In this document: positions 1 to 13,337 of the stretch, in pieces | Layout of the letters: each line of letters starts with the position of its first letter | Position numbering within the stretch: position 1 is the stretch's first letter | DNA from: Basidiobolus meristosporus CBS 931.73 | Taxonomy: Eukaryota; Fungi; Basidiobolomycota | Direction: 5' to 3' | Assembly (NCBI GenBank): GCA_002104905.1 | Contig: MCFE01000189.1 | Location: forward strand, 1-64,000 | Length of the DNA stretch: 64,000 nucleotides | The notes under the pieces: generated by a model | Told to the model about the DNA's origin: nothing | Databases searched by the model: none | What the model saw: the letters and a program-made list of their open reading frames with translations, nothing else | Translations under genes and position numbers: made by a program

Positions 1-76
1 GAATGCTAATCACAGAATAAGATCTATGTGACTAAGTTAGCATGAATATTTAGGTGACAATTCAATAATTACAACA
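1..76 (-). mobile_element. Copia LTR 5' end (runs off the left edge of the window), inserted into the gag of the adjacent copy
   Basis: Reverse complement starts TGTTGTAATT and aligns with the LTR start at 57004/59023. It abuts gag sequence (AATGCTTTAAT on the minus strand) that continues uninterrupted in the copy at about 57986-58010. Confidence 0.8.
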
Positions 77-721
77 ATTAAAGCATTTACTTCTTCCTTC
101 TTATGAGTGCTTGATTTTCTTAATTCTTCATCCAGGAGCCTTCCATATACATAATTTAAGGTCAAATCTTCAGTTCTGGACTCTAGGGCTGATACAAGGC
201 CCTGAAACATGTCTGTCAGGCTATTCAGGATGGTAACTATTACATCCTCATCAGTAGTTGGTACGCCCACAGATTCCATCTCATCTACCAGCAGGGTAAT
301 TCTGTTAATTAGATTTTTCATTTCTTCTCCTGGCAGCATCTTTGTAGTAAAGAGTTTTTGTCTCAGATACATCTTCTTGGCAGCTGAACATGACTGGTAG
401 GTGTCTTCTAATGCTTTCCAGGCATTCTTTGCCATTTTTGCTCTTGAGCATTGAATTAGCAATTTGTCCTTGATATTAAGGCAAATGCAGTTAAAGGCAC
501 TTTGTTCTTTCTTCTGGTACTTTAAGGCTTCCTCTCCCACGTTTTTAGGAGGGCTTTCTTCTCCCATGACAATATCCCAAAGGCCTCCTTCTTGTAGCAG
601 CATTTTCATCTTTGCCTTCCACACTTGGTAGTTAGATCCATCCAACTTTTCAGCAGAGGGAAAAATTCCAGTAATAGCAGTTGTAGACATTGCAGAGAGT
701 GACAGCTTGGGGCTCATAACC
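77..721 (-). mobile_element. Copia gag N-terminal fragment (UBN2/Retrotran_gag_2-type) with PBS
   Basis: ORF 37..849: EKLDGSNYQVWK...LRQKLFTTKM...LTLNYVYGRLLDEE, near-identical to the gag copies at 57.4 and 59.4 kb. PBS GGTTATGAGCCC at 721-710. Confidence 0.9.
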
Positions 722-1053
722 TGTTGTAAGAGTCTTGGAGATTTTGGAAGTGATTGGGAGAACAAGTAGATTATGTGGTTTTCATGCAATGATTTATTGA
801 ATGTAAAAGTAGTATTTATACTTTTACCTGGTCCTGGCATTACAAACACGTAGAAAAGGTTAAGGAAGGTCCCAAGAACATGTGTGCAATTTTTGGGGCT
901 GTTTGGACAACTTTGAGAATTTTCATGTTCTGGGTAAATATTCTAAGTAAATCCCAACAAGGAATTTGGTCAGTATTCTCTAGGATTTGAGGGTAATGAT
1001 CTAAGTGACTAAGTTAGGTGAATATTTAGGTGGAATTACAAATTTTTACAACA
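722..1053 (-). mobile_element. Copia 5' LTR (about 332 bp; small internal deletion relative to the 349-bp copies)
   Basis: TGTTGTAA...TTACAACA termini; directly followed by PBS and gag on the minus strand; homologous to 57004-57352. Confidence 0.88.
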
Positions 1054-1074
1054 CTTTTTACTGGCAGCCTCTTG

Positions 1075-1310
1075 AGCATTTCTCTAAGATTTGTAGACAA
1101 TGATCTAAGTGACCAAGTTAAGTAAATGTGTAGGTGCAATTACAAAATTTACAACACTTGGGACTTCTCTAAGCATATTATATATACTTGCTTGCCAAGA
1201 CCATACAAGATTATAAATACCCCTTTTACATTCAGTAGAGCATTAAGTGAAAACCATATAATTTACTTGTTATCCCAATTGCTTCCAATATCTCCAAAAC
1301 TGTCACAACA
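1075..1310. repeat. Two further LTR fragments of the same family (5' part on minus, about 1075-1156; 3' part on plus, about 1157-1310)
   Basis: Sequence similarity to the LTR start (...TTACAAAATTTACAACA) and LTR end (...TCTCCAAAACTGTCACAACA). Confidence 0.75.
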
Positions 1311-1903
1311 GTACATTGGTAATTTACAGCATGGGCTAAATAATGTAAACGCTCAACCATACAATTGTCAGTGTGAGCCTTTCCACATATCTGTAATGAG
1401 CATATTTTGATGGCACTGATCAGGTAATGGAGGTATACTTGCGGCTGTGGAGGATCCACTTGTTTTATATGCAGTACGACCTATATCTTGGAAACTTATA
1501 TACATTGCCGGTCACGGATATCTATTTATAATGTAATATATTGCACTTAAATGGCAAAGTCCCCTTGCCAAGATTTTGTTGGCCTTTGGAAAATTGAAAA
1601 ATCGTTGTATAAAAACCCTGGGTAAGGTGGGAAATAAAATCGATGTCTAATGATACTGTTACTATTATTTCGCCTGTGCTCTTAGAATAAATAGTCGAGT
1701 AATTAAATAATAGGATTTTGATCGATCAATGAAAAGTACACATCGCAAAATGGATTTATTTATAAGTCGTGACGTTTCTCTTGTTGACCAATAATTGAAA
1801 CGAGGGATATCTGCAGGTGATTTCGAGGTCCGGAAGCATATATTGGAATTCATGTTTGGTATCCACCCTTATCTATATCATCCAGTGACATATATCTATC
1901 AAT

Positions 1904-4106
1904 ATGAATAACGCTACAACACAGGAAGGGCCTATACTTGACCAAAAAGATCCAATTATAAAGAATGCGGAAGAACAGTTTGAAAAATTGGCCTTGAAAG
2001 AATCACCTAAACCTGAGGATGTTCAGGAATACCATAATCGGTTAAGCGAATCAGAGATACCGGGTGAAAGTCACGCGCCAATTGAGAGATCACTCTCACT
2101 AGTGCAAACTAATGTTGGTGGAGTTGAGTCATTCACTGAAGAACACACGAAGACTGATGCTTTAGCTAGAGGTGCTAACGCGTATGAAGAGGCTTCAAAT
2201 GAGCAGCTTGGTGGCGATCATTTCGTATTGAAAAAAAAAGTCCCAAGCTTGGATGATCAGAGTTACAATCCTCCGGAAGAGCAACCACAATCTGCTCAAA
2301 CAAAGGTAAACTATCTCTCTGAGGCGGACTATCTGGTCAATAGTTCCTCAAAACCTCTGAAGTATTACTCTACGAGCAACAACGAAAATCAAGCGGATAA
2401 TCCAGTTCTGGAGGTCTCTCCTAAACCATTGGATAAGGGGAAAGGGAAGGAAATCATTGACTTGCCATCAAATCCTGGGTTTGAGGACCTAAGCGAGCAA
2501 AAGCCAAGCTACCCACAGGATGCCGAGCTTGTTGACGCTGTGCCTATCGAGTCACAAATATCGCCTACTTTCCCAAATGATCGCACTGAGATTGCTGCTG
2601 GAGTTGACCCATCCAATATGCGTTACATCCCCCAAGAAAGAGCCGACTACGAGCCTACACCCTCACATCCGCCGAGCGGTACGCTCCCAGTTCCAAATGT
2701 CCTCGATGTGATCCCTCCACACATTGCTAATGACCTCACTGGAACTATCGATCCGGAAGTAACCGATACTCATTTACCAACCCAGGAACAGGTGATACAA
2801 AGCGTCATCACGGCAGTACCCAAGACAGAATATCAAATGAAGAGCATAGATTGGATGCCTTTAGGCGCCACTGCACCAAAACAGCTCTCTATAATCACAC
2901 AAAATGAAAATGGCCCATGCCCCCTGTTGGCTTTGTGCAATGTTCTATTACTTCGCGGAGACATCCAAATTAAACCCGCCGATAGACCAGTCGTGGATGA
3001 CGAGTACTTGACCAGCTTGCTAGGAGAGTACCTTCTCGATCTACATTCGTCAGAGTCTGAGGATCTGTCCAAATTCAATGACGCACTAGCGGTTATTCCT
3101 CTGCTACAAAGAGGTCTAGATGTAAACGTCCGTTTTGATTCTATCCGTGGGTTCGAGAGCACACCCGAGTTATCCATGTTCGAGGCCTTCAAGGTTGACT
3201 TGATCCACGGGTGGATCGCCGATCCTGAAGAAGACTGGAACACTTACAAAGTGCTTACTGAGAAATGCATCAACTACAATACAGCGGTTGACTTGGTAGT
3301 CAAGGGCGATGAGGCAGAGAAAGACCCCAAGCTAAACGCCGAAGAAAAGGATGCAATCATCCACGAGTGTAGGTATATGCATTCGGACGAAGACATACCA
3401 TTGCTCGACTAACCGCATTCTTTCACTGTAGCCCTGGTTGTTCGACAGTTTTTGGAGCATACTGCCACTCAGCTTACTTACCACGGTCTGTTGGCAATCT
3501 CCACTACGTTGCCTCAAAACCACCTCGTGGTTCTATTCCGTAACAATCATGTAATCACGACTAGCACTTAGTAACTCCGCTCTAGCTCTAACCAAACTCT
3601 TTTAGTTCTCAACCTTGTATAAGCGAGCGGACGGAGAATTGTACACACTTGTGACTGATGCAGGATTTTTGGATTCGCCGAACGCTGTGTGGGAGAGTTT
3701 GAGGGACATTGATCAGATAGATTCGGAATTCGTAACCGGCTCGTTCCAGAAGATTTCTGCTGCCGGGGATTCTATTGCTCAATCAGATATTCCAGTGAGC
3801 GAGAGCAATTATGAAAATCTAGCTGAGCAAGAGCGAATGGATCAAGAGTGAGTAGGTTTATCCATCTTGATGAATATCGAGCTTACCTCATATTTTCAAA
3901 CCAGTTTGGCACTTGCCTTGAATCTGCAGCAGGAGGAGGAGGCAAGGAAGCGCGAGCAGGCAAGCAATGCCAAAAACCAACACAAAAACACCTCTCGGCC
4001 GGGGAAAAATGAAACGCCAGAGATGCTGAACACCCATGAGCAGTCGAGCTCAGTAGGCTCATCGATGAGCCAGAAGAAGAAGAAAGACAATTGTATGATA
4101 TGTTAA
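1904..4106 (+). CDS. MIY1: MINDY-1/2 family (DUF544) deubiquitinase, spliced
   Basis: QNENGPCPLLALCNVLLL (catalytic Cys), LIHGW, FRNNH|FST (catalytic His), ubiquitin-binding-like LALALNLQQEE, C-terminal KKKKDNCMIC; GT-AG introns near 3373, 3551 and 3849. Confidence 0.9.
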
Positions 4107-5181
4107 TCGCATTATCGTCAGTTTTCACACCCTATTCTTTATCACACATCTCTACTCTCATATCAATGTGTACCACGATTATCTAGCTCATGCGCCTATA
4201 TGTATTGAACCTCACTTTGTCGACTATCTTGATTCATCGCTATTCGTACTCCAATAAAGCAAATTCACTCTGACAGATCTGTGATCAATATTGCAGTTGC
4301 TGAAACGGCACAGTAAACAAAGCATGCAGTAAGGCTATGCCAGCCGAGTTTCAAAGATGTGTCCAAGATTCAAGCTGTGACCGGAGTAAGAGGGCGTCGT
4401 TCGGCTTGCACCGCTGATGTATTCTATAGATACCCTCAACACCGATGGGGGAATTACCTCATGGCTCCCTTAACCCTAGACCATCATGCACTTGAAGTGC
4501 CACCCCCAAGCTCACTCACTTCTTGGCTATTGCGAGTATCCTTGAGGTAGGAAAACTACCGTCTCCACGGGTTGTGTCTTATCATGTGCGTAGACGCATT
4601 GTGCTCTCTAGTTTTGCGCACCATAAATATTTTCCAAGATTTATTGAATTCATCAATGCATCTACTGATTATTTGAGATGGAGAATGGTATTGATGTGTG
4701 ACGTTAATATAAACTCACGTGACCCCCTCAAGGATGAAGTCATGTATTTCGTTGTTTCGTAACCGGGGAATATATCATAGAGTGATCAATATAACCCCGA
4801 ATTTAAAAATCACGGAAGGATTTTCAAGGTAGAAGGTGGAATATAACTTTGTTCTAGATTTTCTTCTATTTCTATCAAGTGCACTTTACGACTCCTTTCA
4901 GCTACACCCCGTTGACCTCAATTTAAAACTCTCCCGCTAAAAAACCTTACCCCTCCTTTATCTCCCGTATTTTTACGGCCGTACTCTCATATAAAAATTT
5001 GTGGTTTCAAGACTTTATATATTGCAAAACTCCAAAGTTCACTCAGCAAGTGGCTGTATTGCTCTACCAGCACACCCGAGCGGCTATCTTTTTCAAGAAG
5101 AATCTTTCCCTCATCTATTCGTTTCCGCGTAACCCCTCTTATAGTATCCAAGCTTGACACCTACCTCTTCAGCATTCCAAA

Positions 5182-7770
5182 ATGTATGACGATGACTTGA
5201 CGGCTTCCTTTTTCCAGTCCAGTTCGGAATACACATCTCCTCTGCAGTCGTCTTTCTTTTCGACCACTTCGCTGGATCCAACCTTTGGTGATTTGGCAAA
5301 CCCCTGGGGAGCTCAAGGGAGTGGTTCGGTCAGTGTAGATACAGTACTTCGTAAGTACCATATAGTCGGAGTGTTTACTGTTTCATCTGATTGACCATGG
5401 ATGCTTTTGTAGAGGGCATCAGGTTGCCATTAATATACGAAACCGCTTTTAGTATGGCTGCTCCAGTAGACAACAAAATTACTTTGGAGGCTCTGAATAA
5501 GATATTGAGCGTTAGTGGGTTGTCCTCCTCGGTGGTTGAAAAGGTATTGGCTTGCTTGGTTTTGTGTATCTTTAACATATCAATTCTAAATTGCAAACTC
5601 CTTGACTGATGACTAGATTTATACTATTGCTCTTCCGTACGATCGATCAAGTATTGATCAAAACGCCTTTAATGTGATACTCACGTTAGCTGCTCTTAGT
5701 CAGAAGAGCATGGGTAAGAATCAGTACAATCACAGCCTCTTTACAAGTTCTAAATATCCTCTTTTGGTGCCACGATTCAGACGTTTCTCTCGAAAATATT
5801 GCATCACATAAGCAGGGTAATTTCCTTGAATAGAATTTGGATTTTTTCTATACATATTAACGCAACTTTGCTTTACCCGACAACACAGACCTACCAGTAC
5901 CCTCTTTGCCTAATCTTTCTAGCATTGATTTCACCAAGGAGCCTATACACTCTAGCAGCTCTGCTGCGCAAATCAAGGCGAAACACTCCACCGATGAGCC
6001 TGATCCATGGCAAACCAACGGTGACCCCTCTATAGCTGCCTCAGTCAACCCAATCACGCCAGACAAGCCTTTGAACTTATTTCAGTCGGAGGGGCCTCCC
6101 TCCTCATCAAGCCGACTTTCCACTACTTCCAACAGTTTAGAAACGTATCAGCTATTTGCGGACAACGACCTAATCTCGATAAAAATTTCCCCTCAAAAGG
6201 GCGGCATGATCTTTAAACATGTCAACTACGTTGTGGAATCCAAAGTAAGCGGTGCACACCTGTTACTGGTGCTTGGTAGAGCTAACACGACACGCCTTTG
6301 TCTAGCAACGTTTATCCAGTGTGGTTAGAAGATACAGCGACTTTTGGTGGCTTTTGGAGGTCTTGACCAAGAGATATCCTTCACGGATGTTGCCCACTTT
6401 GCCTCCCAAGAGAATTGGAGGTAATGACTTAACCGCGAGTACTGCTCTATCAACTGTTGAGTAATCGTCGTGATGATTTAGGAGATGAAGCCTTTCTTGA
6501 AAGACGAAGAAAGGGACTGGCTAGATTCATTAACTTTATCGCTCGACACCCCACCCTCAAAAAAGATGATGTCGTAATTGTTTTCTTAACCGAGCCATCG
6601 GTAATGAATTCCGTAGTCACCATGCTTGGAGATGTGTTCTAACGAAAACTTTCCCTTTTTCGAAGGATATGGGTAGTTATCGTAGAATACATGAGATCAA
6701 CACCGATGAGGAATTCAAAAAAGTGCAAGTGACCGAACACATGAAAGCTGATGTCCCGCAAGATCTCGGCGAGAGATTGAACAAGCTACGCGAGAGATTA
6801 GATGCTTCAGCAGAATACTATGGTATTCAATGTACTTTGATGGAGCGTATAACAAAAAGACAAGAGGGTAAACAATACACTTCATACCGACCTCGGCCAA
6901 CACACTAACGCCGGCTATTTTTAGGCTCTGCCGAAGATATGATTCGCTACAGCAAAGCATTATCGTAGGTTACAGTACTGTTGGTCTTTTAAGCAGTGTC
7001 ACTCAACAAATGCACTTTAAATAGATCCCTAGCTGGAAACGAAAACGAATGCCATGACATCGATTGCTACAAATGCCCACAAATAGCTCACGGGTTCGAC
7101 GTTGTCGCCGGCTGCTTTAAGAAAGTGGGCACGATTATAAAAGATTCGGTAAGGGAGATACACTGTGTTTGATGGTTTCGCCTGAAACTCATGGATATCC
7201 CGGTTTAGGTTGAATCCTCCGTCAATGGAGTTGTGGAAAATCTTCGGCGTCAGAAAGAGATAATTGTTGCTTTCAAGGTATATTCATGTGATATTTCACC
7301 TAAACATCGCCAAGTTTTAAATGTGCATCTGCAATCTAGGAACTGCTTGATCGTAAGGATAGAATCATATATGGAGAAACGGATTCGCTGATCAGCCGTA
7401 TCAAGTCCAACCAAGAAAAGCTCAATAGTCTTCGAGATTCTGGGCCTGAGAAAGAGATCCAGAGACTAATTTCGATAATTGAACAGGTTGGTATTCTTCG
7501 GATTGAATCAACCTTTCCCCAGCTAACACTGGATCCTTCTCTCTGTAGGATCAAAAAGAGATCGTGAACTCCAGGAACCATGATATTTTCATCCAGTACT
7601 CCTTGTGGTGCGAACTGCAATATTACCACCAGAACGCAGCCTTTGTCACCTTGTTGTATCAGCATTATGTGAGTGACCAGATCAAGTTCTCGACGGGATT
7701 GACACAAGCTTGGAAGGATTTATCAATTACCGTATATGACCTGCCTATGGATGTTACCCGATATTCTTGA
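5182..7770 (+). CDS. MVP1: Sorting nexin MVP1/SNX8 (PX-BAR), multi-exon
   Basis: [55 protein letters not shown] (PX domain), followed by BAR-type helices; ends DVTRYS*. Confidence 0.88.
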
Positions 7771-9413
7771 GCTGTGGTTTCTGACTCTGCCACCTCCTCT
7801 CCCCTTCCACATACAACGCAACCCTCGCCTCCTCATTACCCCATTTTTTGTTATTGCCCGTACACTATTCATATATTTATACATGCTTACACACATGGCA
7901 TCATACTCTATTCCTTGCTTCATCGATATAAAGCCATCCGTAACATCTACAGCGTTTTAACTACAATTTGTTATATATACATTCAGATGGTAATGAACCT
8001 GCGCTGCCAAAAATAGCCGATCTACACCTTTCTGGATGAAATAAGAATCCCGAAGATTCTAACTATCTTTGGACCACTGCATACACAGCAATCTAAGCGA
8101 ATGACAATTTATCCGTCAGGTTCTATGTAGACACGATATGGCTTTGCCAGCCACTACATTTAAGGCATACTTATTGCGTGAATGGAGCTGCGCAACCCAT
8201 GGTTATGCAGCAATGAGAGCCACAGTGAATAAACCAACTCATGTTGATGGTATTAATAGAAGCGAAACAGTGACAATGTTGGTCTCACCTGGGTTCCGAT
8301 ACTATCCCTAAAATAGACTATTTCAATCGAATAGTAAAATCCATTCAACACTACTGCTACTACTGGCCACTCTAGATGTCAGACTGTATACGCCAAACTG
8401 TAATGCAATGGTGAGGATGTTGGACCTACACAGCGTCCATGATGATGTGGCTGCACAAATATAGCCTACCGAGTCGACATATATAACAAATACGGTGGAG
8501 TTCGGCATCCTAAATAAATCTATCCTAGATATACTCAATAGATCGACACCACCTGCACGAATAGCAATCAGCGTTGCTATATTAGCCTAAATGACTTCTC
8601 ACTGAAGCAAGATTGACTAGGTGGTTATCCGTGGCTAATAATAATAAATTACTTTGACTCAACATATAAGCCCTGGTGTGGGTTTTTCAACCTGATTTCT
8701 AGGTATTTCTGTAGCTTTATATATCTTACTCTGTCAATATTCCATCTTTACCCCGTTGCTATCCAACTGATACAAAACAGCAAATCATAGGTAAAGCTAG
8801 AGCTTATTCAATTAAAAAGTGACAAGCACTCAATGACCCTTTTGAAGTTTGATGACAATCATTGGTTGGGTGTGGCACCTAATAGTTCCACACCTGAGAA
8901 ATAACTTAGAAACCTTTGAAGCCAATGTTGACATTCTTTGGAATTGTGCACAACCGAAATGATACTGCAATTTTCACACACATCATTTAATGATCTTGCC
9001 CAGTGTAGTTAGATAGAGATCAACCAACAGTAAAAACACTCAGCGTCAGCATACATAATCAATAAGCCACCAAGTCTCTTATTTCTGGTATATTCCAATT
9101 GCTTTTGATTTACCATTGCCCATTGCCTGTGTAATTAATTCCATACTTACCTTCAATTTAGCATTAGCATATGGCCATGATATTTCATATGATCTTTATG
9201 GAGATCAACTACTAGATAATGGAGAAAATGGCCAGTCTTAAGAAAATGCAATATTTTGAGAGTGGTGGATTGACGCATAGTGTAACGGCTAGGACCACAA
9301 AGTGATTTGGTTGCTCTTGCAGGGCTCTGTGATTGAAAAAGCGGTAGCCAACAGATATTAACAGTTGAGAGAATCACTTGCTGTTGTCATTTGAAGAATA
9401 TGGAGTCATCAAA

Positions 9414-9450
9414 GCGCACACACATACACACACACACATATATATATACA
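9414..9450. repeat. Compound (CA)n/(TA)n microsatellite
   Basis: GCGCACACACATACACACACACACATATATATATACA visible directly. Confidence 0.85.
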
Positions 9451-12400
9451 TAATAATACAAAGATACTGACTTTCAACTTGCAACATCATCTAAACCTTG
9501 TTCAAACCTGCTATTTAAACAAAGCAAAAACGCTTGACCACTGAAAACCAGTCCTAATAGATTATGGCAGATTTAATAGATTAGCAATGCGTCAAGGGGT
9601 ATTCACGTCACATGAATTCCCAATGCTATCAGCTGAAATTCTTGAGCAGAATCAGTTGCGCGTACAGCTGCTCAAGTTCGCGCATTGAGCGATCCGTCTG
9701 CGTAAGAGATTGGTACACGCAATATTAATATACTTACTTCACATGGCATTCCTACTGCATTCACCCCATTTGAATTTTCATAAAAACTATATGGATACCC
9801 TTGAGATCCTAATATACACAGGAAATGTATTGACTATTCAATTCGATATCTCCGAGGGTCATGGCACATGGCTTTACTATAATACATGAACAGGCTCACA
9901 GTTGCCTTATGAAACGATTGCCAACCCAGGTGATAGGAGGTGAACTAGGCTAGATATATATTGTGGTTTTTTGTGGTCTATATTGCTGAATGCGGCGGTT
10001 ACGTTCAGTGTGTCAAAGAGGCCAGGGGATGTATATACATCACTAATCAGAGCTTGGGCCTTGCTGGAGGGTGATTGTCTGTTGGTCAGTGTTAAAGAGC
10101 GTACTTGACCAAGTGCATTCTAAATACAAATAATGAAAAAATATATATTTGTTCTATCAGTTATGCACTGAGCCTAATATGTGAAATTAGCTGCATCATG
10201 GAAATAGAGCCCAACAATTCATTGATCAATTACTGTCATTTTGTGGCACACGCAAAGGGCTGGTTAATTTTAGACCTGACTAATCCAGCAAAATCAACGA
10301 TGGTACGCTTGCATCTATATTAGCCAAAAGAGCTGCAGGTGACTGTTGTGTAATGTTACTAGTTGGGAAGATAGCCTTAATGCAGAACACCGCAAATTCA
10401 ATTGACTTGATTATATCCATCACACTCTGATAATATTAGGCTTTTCACTTTGGGAGGGGATCGGCTTCCAGCTCAGCCGGGAGTAGTGTTTAGCAGAATG
10501 ATCAGTTTGGCCACTATCCCAGATTTGAGTTAGTATAGTCTTGGTGATGGCACTAAGGGTGCAAGCCACGAGATAGACTTGAGGAGTAAGATAAGGGGTT
10601 AATGATTGCGCAGGCGACACCTGCTGCATACAAATTACTGCGTTGTGTCTGAAACTCCCAAAGGTTGTAGGCATTCATCATCCCCAGAATACCAATTGTG
10701 TGTCAGCGGCATCTATACGCTCATGACTGGACCAACACGGGACAGCATCTGCTTACCATTTCAAAATGCACAACTGTCGTACAGCACGGTTGGAAAATGG
10801 AATTCTTCATGGAATTATGTAACGGAGTACGGCATCGGATCCGTTTGTTTTGTTCATTCGCGGTGTTACCGCGCAGCCACGTATACCAGCAACGAAACAC
10901 GGGAGTAGCGAATAGGTGTACCTTCCGTTTACTACTGTGGAATCGCACGAATTTTTTATTAGGGTTGAGAAGCTATACTCTATGCAGATGGTATCGTGAT
11001 TCACCACAAGGGAACCGGTTCAAATATCATCAGAGTCCATCTGATCATTTGAAGGCAAGGTTAAGTTCTGAACAGTTAGCACTTGGCATTACCGATGATG
11101 TTTCGCAACAGTTGGACAGACTTGATCATCCCTGTGTTGTGTTGGATGTACAATTTACATTAGCTCAGCTTAAGGCTGCACTAGAGCTAGATAGTGAGAT
11201 AAGAGGGCGGCATGTGATAGCGTGAAATCGAAAAAGAAGCGTAAAGCTCCGAGAAGACTTATTCATCTGGTATTGACGAATGATTCATATGGAATTAGCT
11301 TCATCTCCATTCCTTGATAATGACTACCACTCCCTCACTACCCCTTATTTCCAAGATCTAGAAATGGGAATAGCGTGCATTCTCCAGCCTCAGCTTTCTG
11401 GTTTGCAATGCATTAGTCAAGAGATATCTATCAATTCGCGATCTTGATTCGTAGACTCAGGCGCAAGATCTGACGACGCTCGGATTTATACAAGTTTCTG
11501 TTGGTTGCTAATGTATGTCAACAACTCGCATAGCATGGATGCTCTGCTCGAGCCGGTGCGGAACCGACAGATTTCTATCGCTTGCCACATGACAAATTTC
11601 CTGAGCGAATTCAGGGACATGGAGATTACCGCTTTCACCTCATATCATCTCCCAATAGCAAGATTTTTACCGGGTTTACTCCACCACAACCGTGGCATGA
11701 GAAATGGATAATCTCCGCATGGGATCAATAGGGCTGGACCTGTGTGGTGTGAACCCTCTGCTTCCGGAAGCATAAAGTAGTTCAGGGCCTCGTCCATTCT
11801 CCAACCCTACCAAGACAAACTGCACCGACCATTGAAAGAGATGCACTCCGTAGGACAGATTTATCATGCATTGGCAACGTAGAGGTGAACCAGGCCGAAA
11901 ATCGCAAAACGCCTTTGCATAAGATCCATCAACACACCACAGTAAATTGGCTTGAACTTCGCACCGTACCGAATCCGCTTCAGCTGGGCGTGGCCGTCGA
12001 ATGGGAGCAGCTGACTCCGGATCCTTTTGACCCGCCAATCACCCATGGGTATTTACATCCTTATCACAGCATCAACTAGAAGACAAAGGTAACTCTGAAG
12101 TAAATCTCTCATATCAGTAGTCCGATACTGCACCTCCCATTGGCTGCAAATCATGTTCTACTGCCGCTGCTTCCGAAAATTTCTCGAATCATGGGTTGGA
12201 GTTGTGTATGATGGCAATGCATATGTGACCATTTAATCTCATTCCAGCGTTCCTGGCATTTGATATTGCTTAGAATCAGGCATAATCCCAAGACATTTGG
12301 ATCACTTGATCAGTTTGTCTCCAGATTAAATGTCGAAAAAAGGTTAAAATTAAAGATGGGATCAGTAGGGTCAGTAGGCCCTTCAGAGCTCACGTTTTCC

Positions 12401-12923
12401 GTGGCCAAGTCGGGATCTGCTGGATCAGTACTCTGGAAAGAATCAGGGTTGAGAACTACATTAGTGACAATCTTCAGCTGCCGGATCATTAGTCCACTTA
12501 TCTCTGCAATCTATCTGAAAACAAGCCAATGACGTTCTGAGTATCTGGGGAAGAGCCGATGGATACTCTCACGTCCCATTTTCTTTAAATAGTAGGCATG
12601 GCTCTGGTTGGAGTTCCAGCTTTTCCATCACCGCAAACCGTACTCCAACGTTATTTTTTCAACCTACTGATTGCAAGTGCTTCAGGTTCATTTAATTCTC
12701 CATCTCAATTCCTGCCTTGACTCCAAACTTTGGAACCACCGTTCAGAGACATCATCTTCCATCATATCAAAGCTGTTGAAATGCCAAACTCTGTTGCCCG
12801 TGTTCAACACAATCCAGGATACAAACCACTTCCTCATACTTTAATAAGTAAGTCCGATTCTTTGAGAATTGTTGGGTTGGGCAAATCCTTACCAATGGCT
12901 TTCTAGATTTCACAGCTGAGTCG

Positions 12924-13337
12924 ATGTGCAGTCTTCTGAATTGTAAAGATCGTCCATTAGTGAATATCTCTTTACCTGAACTTCTACTATTTATTGAGCG
13001 CCTGACCGAAAGATCCCGCATCAATGCGATCACCGGGATTGTCGCTTTAATCTATGTGTATCGATTAAAAGCGAAATTGCCTCCAAGGGCTCAGGGCGAG
13101 TACGGTACATCTCACAGAATATTCCTTTCGAGCCTTCTGGTCGCCTCGAAGTACCTCTACGGTGACGAGGGGCTCAACAATCGTGCCATGGCGGAGATAT
13201 CTGGCGTGTTCAGCACTGCGCAAGTGAATTTAATGGAGAAAGAATTCTTGGGCTTGCTTGATTATCAAGTTTGGGTCAACGACAAGGAAATCCAAGATTT
13301 TCTGGAAGAGCACAAAGCAGAGCTTTGCTTCATTTAG
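12924..13337 (+). CDS. Pho85-type cyclin (Pcl1/Pcl2-like), cyclin-N box only, intronless, 137 aa
   Basis: VALIYVYRLKAKLP...GTSHRIFLSSLLVASKYLYGDE...NRAMA...VNLMEKEFLGLLDYQVWV matches the Pcl cyclin box; ATG at 12924. Confidence 0.8.
   Translation: MCSLLNCKDRPLVNISLPELLLFIERLTERSRINAITGIVALIYVYRLKAKLPPRAQGEYGTSHRIFLSSLLVASKYLYGDEGLNNRAMAEISGVFSTAQVNLMEKEFLGLLDYQVWVNDKEIQDFLEEHKAELCFI

Noticed and set aside
722-849. Stop-free frame running from the LTR through the PBS into gag (also at 59244-59400)
   Set aside because: It starts at GTG not ATG, is only about 50 codons, and is frameshifted in the 57.2-kb copy. Best explained as chance, with gag starting at MSTTAIT.
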